Assembly: GCA_903860935.1 (NCBI GenBank) | Contig: CAIOSQ010000269.1 | Location: forward strand, 1 to 63,219 | Source of the DNA: an uncultured Rhodospirillales bacterium | Lineage (GTDB): Bacteria > Pseudomonadota > Alphaproteobacteria > CACIAM-22H2 | DNA length: 63,219 nucleotides | Direction: 5' to 3' | Part shown: positions 56,861 to 63,219 of the stretch, piece after piece | Position numbering within the stretch: the stretch's first letter is position 1 | Layout of the letters: every line of letters starts with the position of its first letter | Position numbers and translations under genes: made by a program | The notes under the pieces: model-generated | Databases searched by the model: none | What the model saw: the letters and a program-made list of their open reading frames with translations, nothing else | What the model was told of the DNA's origin: nothing

Positions 56861-58027
56861 CTAGCCGCGCGCGACGAACGCAGCCGCCGCCGATGCGGGA
56901 ACCGCGACCTCGCCACGCATGAGACGGCGCGCGGTCCGGAACAGGACGGCCGATAGCGCGCTCCACCCGTCCCCGTCGTGCCGCACGACGGCGCCGACCG
57001 ACACCAGGCCGGACGGGTTTGCGACACGCACCTCCCCGCTGGCATCCGCCGGCCGCGACACGCGGTGGGGTATCGATCCAGGTATCTGCGTCGCGACGCC
57101 GAGATTGAGGCCCCCGGTGCCCGGGATCGCCTTGTGCGCGCGTTGCATCGAGATCATGCGCGTGGCGACGTCGAAACGGTCGGGCTCGACCATCTCGCCG
57201 TCCAGGGCACGGAACCGTCGCGGCGACGCGACGAGCGCGATGCGGGGGGTCTGCAATCCGATCTCGTCCGGCCTTGCGCCCAGCCCGCACAACACGCCTG
57301 CGGCGCGACGGATGCGCTCCAGGGCATCCATCACAGCGGATCGCGCCTCGATCGCCTCGGGCGTTTCCGTCCCGTCGAGCCCGAAGACCGCCGCGTCGAC
57401 ATAGGCTATGGGCGAGGTCGCATCGACGATCGACACGTCGAACGTCGCGCCGGCCCCAAGATCCACCCGGTCGATGACCGCGCCGGTCGGCAGCAATCGG
57501 CCCGTCACGGCGCCTCCAGGATCGAGAAAATCAAGACGGATCCGCGCCCCCGTCCCGGCCACGCCCGCGATCGCGTAATCGCCCTCGACGCGTGCCAGGC
57601 CACCGCGGACCTCGAAGCGCGCATGGATAAGCTTGCGTGTGTTCGTCTGGTGGATACGAACCAGCACCTCGCCGTCGCCGGCACGCACCAGCCCCTCGTC
57701 GACGGCGAAGGGACCGACGGCCGACGACAGGTTCCCGCAATTGTTTGACCAGTCGGCGACCGGCGCGTCGACGGCCAGTTGCACGAACGTGTAGTCGATG
57801 TCTGCGTCCGGATGCGTCGAGGGCCCGATGATCACCGCCTTGGACAGCGACGAGAGACCACCCCCCATGCCATCGAGCTGGCGACCATAGGGGTCCGGGC
57901 TGCCGATCGTGCGCAGCAGGACGCGATCGATGTCCTCCCGTGCGGCGGGAAGATCGCGCGCGTGGAAGAACAATCCCTTGCTCGTGCCGCCGCGATAGAA
58001 GGCACAGGGAACGAAACGCTGGCTCAT
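56861..58027 (-). CDS. prpF: PrpF family isomerase (2-methylaconitate / aconitate isomerase-like)
   Basis: CAFYRGGTSKGLFF ... GSPDPYGRQLDGMGGG.SSLSK ... NCGN.SSAVGPFA. Lies directly downstream of the AcnD-like gene. Confidence 0.8.
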   Translation of the reverse strand: MSQRFVPCAFYRGGTSKGLFFHARDLPAAREDIDRVLLRTIGSPDPYGRQLDGMGGGLSSLSKAVIIGPSTHPDADIDYTFVQLAVDAPVADWSNNCGNLSSAVGPFAVDEGLVRAGDGEVLVRIHQTNTRKLIHARFEVRGGLARVEGDYAIAGVAGTGARIRLDFLDPGGAVTGRLLPTGAVIDRVDLGAGATFDVSIVDATSPIAYVDAAVFGLDGTETPEAIEARSAVMDALERIRRAAGVLCGLGARPDEIGLQTPRIALVASPRRFRALDGEMVEPDRFDVATRMISMQRAHKAIPGTGGLNLGVATQIPGSIPHRVSRPADASGEVRVANPSGLVSVGAVVRHDGDGWSALSAVLFRTARRLMRGEVAVPASAAAAFVARG

Positions 58028-58034
58028 GCCGTCC

Positions 58035-60650
58035 TCATGCCTGGCCTGCCCGGCCCATCATCTCGCGCCACACGAATGGAAGGATCCCGCCATGGCGCCA
58101 ATAGGCGATATCCTCCGGCGTATCGAGGCGGATGATAAGACCGATCACCTCGGCACGCCCGTCCGCGCGCAGGATGCGACAGCGCGCCTCGCCCCGCACG
58201 GGAAAGGCGTCGTCGAGCCCCTCGATGTCGAAGACCTCGCTGCCGTCGAGCCCGAGCGACGTCGCGGTCGCGCCAGCGCGGAACTGCAGCGGCAGGACGC
58301 CCATCCCGACCAGATTGGTCCGGTGGATGCGTTCGAAACCTTCCGCGATGATCGCCTTGACCCCGAGAAGCGCGACGCCCTTCGCGGCCCAATCCCGCGA
58401 CGACCCGCACCCGTAATTGCGTCCGGCCACGACGACCAGAGGCACGCCGCGACCAGCATGGTGCCGCGCGGCATCGAAGACCGGCATCGTCGTCCCATCG
58501 GGATGCAACCGCGTGACGCCGCCCTCGACGCCTGGGACCATATGGTTGCGCAAACGGATATTCGCGAAGGTCGCCCGGATAGCGACATCGTGGTTGGACC
58601 GCCGCGTCGTGTAGGTGTTGTAGTCGGCCGACAGGACGCCTCGTGAATCCAGGAACAGCGCCGCCGGTGTCCCCGGGCTGATCGCTCCCGAAGGCGAGAT
58701 ATCGTCCGTCGTGGTCGAATCGCCGAGAATGACGAGCGGGCGGGCACCGCGGATGTCGTGCGCGGTCGGCGTGGCGCGCGACAGACCGTCGAAATAGGGC
58801 GGCCGTCGCACATACGTGCTTGCCGGATCCCAGGCGAAGAGCGCAGACGGCCCACGCGCCAGTTCATCCCACGCCGGACCGCCATCGAACAGGTCGCGAT
58901 AGGCGTCGGTGAACCGCTCGGGCCGATAGCCGTCCGCGACGACGGCGGCGATCTCGTCTTCGCCGGGCCAGATGTCGCGCAGATGCACGGGGTCGCCCGC
59001 AGCATCCCATCCCAGAGGATCCCGCGTCAGGTCACAGGTCATGGTTCCCGCGATCGCGTAGGCGACCACCAGCGCCGGCGACGCGAGATAGGCGGCGCGG
59101 ACATGCGGATGGACGCGGCCTGGGAAGTTGCGGTTGCCCGAGATCACCGCGGCCGTGACAAGCCGCCCGGCCTCGATCGCCGCTGCGATCGGCGGATCGA
59201 GCGGCCCCGATCCGCCGTTGCAGGTCGTGCATCCGAATCCCACGACGTGAAAGCCGAGCGCGTCGAGCGGCGCCTGGAGCCCGGCCCGCGCGAGCACCTG
59301 CGCCACCACATGGCTCCCGGGTGCGAGCGACGTCTTCACATGAGGCTTCGTGCGCAGGCCGCGCGCGACCGCGTTGCGCGCCAGCAGGGCTGCCGCGACC
59401 ATGCCGCCAGGGTTCGACGTGTTGGTGCAGCTCGTTATCGCCGCGATCACCACATCCCCGTCCCGCACGCCATCCGCGACCGCCGCGGGCGAACGGCCCG
59501 CCAGGCTCCGGCAATGGCCCGGAAACTCCGCCGCCGCACGATCGAGATCGATCCGCTCCTCGGGGTTGCGCGGCCCCGCGATGGACGGCCGGATACGTCC
59601 CAGATCGATCGGCACGACCTCGTCGAAATCCGGTGCCGGGTCGCCCGGCTCGCGCCACAGGTGCTGCGCGCGCGCATAGGCCTCGACGAGGCGGACATGA
59701 TCCGGCGTCCGTCCAGTCATCGCGAGATACGCCGCCGTCCGTTGGTCGATGGGAAAATACACGGCCGTCGCGCCGTATTCGGGCGCCATGTTGGCAATGG
59801 TGCCGCGATCCGCCACCGGCAGCTGCGCGAGCGCGGGGCCGAAGAACTCCACGAACTCGCCGACCACGTCGCGCGCGCGAAGCGCCTGGGTGATCGCCAG
59901 GACGAGATCGGTCGGCGTTGTGCCCGCCGGCATCGCGCCGCTGAGTTCGACACCGATCACGCGCGGCAACGCCATGGAGACCGGCTTTCCGAGCATGACT
60001 GCCTCGGCCTCGATCCCGCCAACGCCCCAGCCGAGGATCCCCAGACCGTTGATCATCGGCGTATGGCTGTCGGTCCCGATGCAGGTGTCGGGCGACAGGG
60101 TCGGCAGACCGTCCACCAGGTCGATGCGCACCACCTGCCCGATCGATTCGAGGTGGATCTGATGCATGATCCCCTTGCCCGGCGGCACCACGCGGACGTT
60201 GCGAAAGCTCTCGGCGCACCAGCGCAGGAAGGCGAAGCGCTCCGCGTTGCGGCGGTACTCGTGCGCGAGGTTGAGCCGCGGGGCGTCGCCCCGGCCATAC
60301 ACGTCGACCTGCAGCGAGTGGTCAATGACGATGTCGACCGGCACGGCGGGATCGATGGTCGCCGGATCGATCCCCTCCGCCGCGAGCACATCACGCAGCG
60401 CCGCGAAATCGACCATCATCACCTTGCCGAGGATGTCCTGGCCGAAGACGCGGCTCGGCGCGAAGGACAGGCGGCTTCCGGCACGCCGCGCCAGGAGATC
60501 GCCGATGTCCTGCTCCACGCGACGACCCGCCGCTGCCTGGCGCATCAGGTTCTCGAGCAGGATCCGCAACGAATAGGGCAACCGCGCGACCCCCGCGACG
60601 TCGCCGATCGCCATGTATCGCCCCGTCCCGTCCATGTTCCGCCAAGCCAT
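58035..60650 (-). CDS. acnD: aconitase-family Fe-S hydro-lyase, AcnD-like (2-methylcitrate dehydratase type)
   Basis: ATG at 60650 after AAGGA. 871 aa. LPYSLRILLENL, IDHSLQVD, GTDSHTPMING, ITSCTNTSNP, GFGCTTCNG, NRNFPGR. The AcnD rather than AcnA call rests mainly on the adjacent prpF. Confidence 0.75.
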   Translation of the reverse strand: MAWRNMDGTGRYMAIGDVAGVARLPYSLRILLENLMRQAAAGRRVEQDIGDLLARRAGSRLSFAPSRVFGQDILGKVMMVDFAALRDVLAAEGIDPATIDPAVPVDIVIDHSLQVDVYGRGDAPRLNLAHEYRRNAERFAFLRWCAESFRNVRVVPPGKGIMHQIHLESIGQVVRIDLVDGLPTLSPDTCIGTDSHTPMINGLGILGWGVGGIEAEAVMLGKPVSMALPRVIGVELSGAMPAGTTPTDLVLAITQALRARDVVGEFVEFFGPALAQLPVADRGTIANMAPEYGATAVYFPIDQRTAAYLAMTGRTPDHVRLVEAYARAQHLWREPGDPAPDFDEVVPIDLGRIRPSIAGPRNPEERIDLDRAAAEFPGHCRSLAGRSPAAVADGVRDGDVVIAAITSCTNTSNPGGMVAAALLARNAVARGLRTKPHVKTSLAPGSHVVAQVLARAGLQAPLDALGFHVVGFGCTTCNGGSGPLDPPIAAAIEAGRLVTAAVISGNRNFPGRVHPHVRAAYLASPALVVAYAIAGTMTCDLTRDPLGWDAAGDPVHLRDIWPGEDEIAAVVADGYRPERFTDAYRDLFDGGPAWDELARGPSALFAWDPASTYVRRPPYFDGLSRATPTAHDIRGARPLVILGDSTTTDDISPSGAISPGTPAALFLDSRGVLSADYNTYTTRRSNHDVAIRATFANIRLRNHMVPGVEGGVTRLHPDGTTMPVFDAARHHAGRGVPLVVVAGRNYGCGSSRDWAAKGVALLGVKAIIAEGFERIHRTNLVGMGVLPLQFRAGATATSLGLDGSEVFDIEGLDDAFPVRGEARCRILRADGRAEVIGLIIRLDTPEDIAYWRHGGILPFVWREMMGRAGQA

Positions 60651-60788
60651 CCTGCGTCCTTTCGCTCGACATCGCGGCCACCGGGCCACGATTATCCACT
60701 CAGATCAGAGCCAGGGCTACTGCCGTTCCCCGCGCACCTCGCGCACGCAGGGACGGACGGCAGGGTGGCGGGGCTCCAGGAGGAGACG

Positions 60789-61769
60789 ATGAACATCTGC
60801 ATGGTCGGCTATGGAATGATGGGGGTCTGGCACAGCGACGCGCTCGCCGGCACACCCGGGACCGTGCTGCACACGTTGGTGGGGCGGCGCGCCGATGCCG
60901 CAGCGGAGTTCGCCACACGCTACGGGTACCGCAAATGGACCGACTCGCTGGCGACGGCCCTGGCCGATCCCGAGATCGATGCCGTCATCCTCGCGAGCCC
61001 GAGCGAACAGCACGAGGCCCAGGCCATCGCCTGCCTCGAGGCCGGCAAGCATCTGCTGCTCGAGATCCCGATCGCGATGAGCCTCGCCGGCGCCGAACGC
61101 GTCGTGGCGACCGCTGTCCGCAGCGGCCTCACCTTCGGCCTCTGTCACCCGATGCGGTTCCGCCGCGAACGTGACGCGCTGCGCGCGCGCGTCGCCGCGG
61201 GCGAGGAGCGAATCCGTCATATCGCTGGGCGTTTCTTCATCAAGCGGCTCGTGAACATCGGCGCGACCGGATACCGCCGCAGTTGGGTCGACAACATCCT
61301 GTGGCACCATTTCTGCCATTTCGTCGATCTCGGGATGTGGCTTTTCGACGGTGCGCCGATCCGTCGCGTGCAGAGCCATCTCGGGGCGTTGCATCCCGCC
61401 ACCGGCATCCCGATGGAATCGAGCGTGCTCGTCGAGACCGAGGACGATCGGAGCCTGCTGGTTCACGGTTCCTATCACGCGACCTACCGGCTCTACGACA
61501 AGCTGATCGTAACCGATCGCGAGACCTATCTTTTCGACATCCTCGCCGGGACGATGCGCACCGCGGAGGGCGTGGTCGCCATCGAGGACGAAAAGACGAA
61601 TTGCGCGCGCGTCGTCGCCGACTTCGTCGATGCCGTCCGCGCGCGCCGCCAGCCCCTGGTCTCCGGCCCCTCCGTGCTTCCGGCGATGCGCGTGCTCCAA
61701 GCGGTCCAGGACGACTGGGACCGTCGCTGGGGTGCGCAGGACATCCCGGGCCGCCCCGCCGCATCCTGA
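60789..61769 (+). CDS. Gfo/Idh/MocA family NAD(P)-dependent oxidoreductase
   Basis: ATG at 60789 after CAGGAGGAG. MNICMVGYGMMGVWH ... DAVILASPSEQHEAQAIACLEAGKHLLLEIP. Only the last 326 codons of the 1003-aa ORF are credible. Confidence 0.85.
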   Translation: MNICMVGYGMMGVWHSDALAGTPGTVLHTLVGRRADAAAEFATRYGYRKWTDSLATALADPEIDAVILASPSEQHEAQAIACLEAGKHLLLEIPIAMSLAGAERVVATAVRSGLTFGLCHPMRFRRERDALRARVAAGEERIRHIAGRFFIKRLVNIGATGYRRSWVDNILWHHFCHFVDLGMWLFDGAPIRRVQSHLGALHPATGIPMESSVLVETEDDRSLLVHGSYHATYRLYDKLIVTDRETYLFDILAGTMRTAEGVVAIEDEKTNCARVVADFVDAVRARRQPLVSGPSVLPAMRVLQAVQDDWDRRWGAQDIPGRPAAS

Positions 61770-61804
61770 CCCGAACGCCGACCAAGTCGGGAAACGCAGA
61801 GGAG

Positions 61805-61894
61805 CGCTCGGCCGCACAACCACAGAAAAAAACGGTCATGGTTAAGTGCCCGCTGTGGTTGCGCTCCCTCGCACCACAACGCTCGGCCGCACAA
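61805..61894 (+). repeat. 15-nt direct repeat CGCTCGGCCGCACAA (61805-61819 and 61880-61894), each followed by an A-run
   Basis: Read directly in the low-GC intergenic region upstream of the flagellin gene. Confidence 0.6.
61814..61864. other. 12-bp inverted repeat (one mismatch) with a 27-nt A/T-rich loop
   Basis: GCACAACCACAG (61814-61825) pairs with CTGTGGTTGCGC (61853-61864). It lies 45 nt after the Gfo-family stop, with no U-tract. Confidence 0.4.
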
Positions 61895-62091
61895 AAAACC
61901 CCGTCTTTACTATGTTTTTCGAATCCCTCTCCCGAAACGATCCGTTAGTGTTAGCGCGATCTTAGCCATCGCACAGAACGGAGCGGCGGCGGATCAGAAC
62001 CCTGATCGGTCATCCACGAACGGGAGTGACGCGATATGAGAACCCGTGATCGGGACATCGGCGCGATATCCCTCGCCGCGAGGATGTCGGC

Positions 62092-62898
62092 ATGACATCC
62101 ATCGCCACGAATGTCGGCGCATTGCTCGCGCAACGCTACCTGCGCGCCATCACCTCCGAACTCACGATCACGCAGAACAGGTTGTCGAGCGGCCTGCGCG
62201 TGTCGACAGTCACCGACGACGCGTCGACCTATGCCGTCGCGGCGGGTTTGCGCGGTGACATCAAGGCCTACACGGCTGTAAGCGGGGCGCTTCAAGGCTC
62301 GGTGGCCGCGGCGAACGTCGCGGTCGCCGCCGGAGAGTCGATCAGCGAGCGCATCGGCGACATCAAGGCGAAGTTGCTCGAACTGTCCAATGATGCCCTG
62401 ATCCCCTCCGCGCGTAGCGCCTACAACGCCGATCTCGCAGTCATGGTGTCGGAGGTGAACACGTACCTCCTGCAGGCCAGTTACAACGGCAACAACCTCC
62501 TCGGAACGGGAGGATCGGATGTCAAGATCGTCGCGAACATCGACGGTTCGACCATCGACATCCGGAACCAGGATGTCGTGAACCTGGCCGTCGGAACCAT
62601 CAACAACAACGGCCAGGCCAAGGCGGCGATCGACGATCTCGCGGTGTTCGAGGGGCTGCTCAACACGGCGCTCTCCAATATCGGTTCCGATCTGAACCGC
62701 GTGGAACGACAGCGGGAATTCATCGCACGCACCGAAGAGACCGTCCGCATCGGCCTTGGCGCCCTCGTGGATGCCGACATCGAGCGCGAGACGACCTATT
62801 TCAACGCCCTCCAGGCACAGCAGCTACTCGCCGTCCAGACCCTCGGAATCATCAACCAGAACCCGACCGTCCTGCTCGGCCTGTTCCGGACGGATTGA
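62092..62898 (+). CDS. flagellin (short, rhizobial/alphaproteobacterial type)
   Basis: N-terminus MTSIATNVGALLAQRYLRAITSELTITQNRLSSGLRVSTVTDDASTYAVAAGLRGD. C-terminus ALQAQQLLAVQTLGIINQNPTVLLGLFR. 268 aa. Confidence 0.9.
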   Translation: MTSIATNVGALLAQRYLRAITSELTITQNRLSSGLRVSTVTDDASTYAVAAGLRGDIKAYTAVSGALQGSVAAANVAVAAGESISERIGDIKAKLLELSNDALIPSARSAYNADLAVMVSEVNTYLLQASYNGNNLLGTGGSDVKIVANIDGSTIDIRNQDVVNLAVGTINNNGQAKAAIDDLAVFEGLLNTALSNIGSDLNRVERQREFIARTEETVRIGLGALVDADIERETTYFNALQAQQLLAVQTLGIINQNPTVLLGLFRTD

Positions 62899-62924
62899 CG
62901 CCCGCGTCGGACGCGGCGTACGGC

Positions 62925-63219
62925 TCAGACATCAAACCGCGCGACGACGGACAGGCTGGCCGCGGCCATGTCCACGACGACGATCTCACCCGATCGCGGC
63001 ACGAGGCCGGTCAACGCGGTCACGTTGACCTGATGCGTCACGATGACCAACGCGCCAGGGCCGCGCCATTCGTTCAGGACGCGCCGCGCCTCCGCCGTCC
63101 GTCCATCGGCGTGAGCGGGCGTCGAAAAGAAGGAGTCGAACGCGGCGTGGGCGCGCACGCGACCGGGAAAAGCGAGATCCGCCGTCTCCAGCGTCCGGCA
63201 CCAGCGCGAGGACAGAACC
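62925..63219 (-). CDS. histidine phosphatase (SixA/phosphoglycerate-mutase-like) family protein, C-terminal part; gene runs off the right edge
   Basis: The frame stays open to the window end and reads ...VLSSRWCRTLETADLAFPGR...ALVIVTHQVNV.., typical of the family. The M in the ORF track at 63158 is an internal GTG. Confidence 0.6.
   Translation of the reverse strand, partial: VLSSRWCRTLETADLAFPGRVRAHAAFDSFFSTPAHADGRTAEARRVLNEWRGPGALVIVTHQVNVTALTGLVPRSGEIVVVDMAAASLSVVARFDV

Noticed and set aside
58758-60788. Upstream two thirds of the 1003-aa plus-strand ORF 58758..61769
   Set aside because: It is antisense to the aconitase-family gene. Only the last 326 codons, from the ATG at 60789 with a strong SD, look like a Gfo/Idh/MocA protein.
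61459-61472. 13/14 copy (TGGTTCACGGTTCC) of the tandem-heptad motif
   Set aside because: It lies inside the Gfo/Idh/MocA coding region (codons LVHGS), so it is most likely coincidental. I record it because it weakens the statistical case for the intergenic motif.
61853-61880. Sigma54-like TGG...TCGCA upstream of the flagellin gene
   Set aside because: The GG-to-GC spacing is 2 nt longer than the -24/-12 consensus and the flanks do not match. I also saw no convincing sigma28 TAAA-N15-GCCGATAA element.
61838-61951. 37-codon ORF (MVKCPLWLRSLAPQRS...) in the flagellin leader
   Set aside because: It has no SD and low-complexity composition, and it lies across the repeats. More likely non-coding regulatory DNA.
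1-63219. Search for CRISPR arrays, IS elements, integrases, phage genes, toxin-antitoxin or defence-system genes
   Set aside because: I saw no direct-repeat/spacer arrays, no transposase-, recombinase- or nuclease-like translations, and no flanking tRNA or att-like repeats. The window looks like core or accessory metabolic chromosome.

Overview
This is a very GC-rich, gene-dense chromosomal segment: third codon positions are almost all G/C, and long spurious antisense ORFs are common. It looks alphaproteobacterial (type-2 ArgC, rhizobial-type flagellin, TRAP and Dpp/Opp-type importers with twin-arginine-like signal peptides). All family calls come from reading motifs in the translations; no homology search was possible.

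I can support 61 protein-coding genes, two of them truncated at the window edges, plus a few hairpins, palindromes and repeats. I found no rRNA or tRNA genes, CRISPR array, transposase, integrase or phage genes.

Layout:
- **1-9.1 kb:** housekeeping genes (gamma-CA-like, argC, rplM-rpsI, metY), small acyl-CoA genes, a UPF0016/GDT1 exporter, and two MFS transporters. One MFS gene is translationally coupled to an unknown 118-aa protein.
- **9.1-22.8 kb:** two Dpp/Opp-type ABC importers, with a PfkB kinase, a cysteine-free GATase1-like protein, RidA and a crotonase.
- **22.9-44.5 kb:** a large catabolic supercluster (below).
- **44.6-47.7 kb:** an ABC-F ATPase, then a split YeeE/YedE pair with a divergent SqrR/BigR-type ArsR regulator.
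- **47.7-53.9 kb:** an enolase-superfamily enzyme, a glycerol-kinase-like FGGY kinase, two FAD oxidoreductases (one with a BFD-type 2Fe-2S tail) and an SDR.
- **53.9-61.8 kb:** an acnD-prpF-sulP-thiolase operon without prpB/prpC, and a divergent Gfo/Idh/MocA oxidoreductase.
- **61.8-63.2 kb:** a low-GC, repeat-rich leader, an orphan short flagellin gene, and a truncated histidine phosphatase gene.

The most interesting candidate is the 22.9-44.5 kb supercluster. It contains:
- an 8-gene, tightly coupled operon that joins an E1alpha/E1beta/E2 2-oxoacid (acetoin-type) dehydrogenase to a full beta-oxidation set and an Fe-alcohol dehydrogenase, with no E3;
- an uncharacterised Cys/His/Trp-rich 252-aa protein;
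- an ATP-dependent hydantoinase/oxoprolinase (HyuA/HyuB) pair;
- a TRAP transporter and a TetR regulator;
- a CoA-transferase with a paired acyl-CoA dehydrogenase module.

A related 14-nt tandem-heptad motif recurs in the three control regions of this block, which suggests a single regulon. That link is inference and needs computational and experimental checks.
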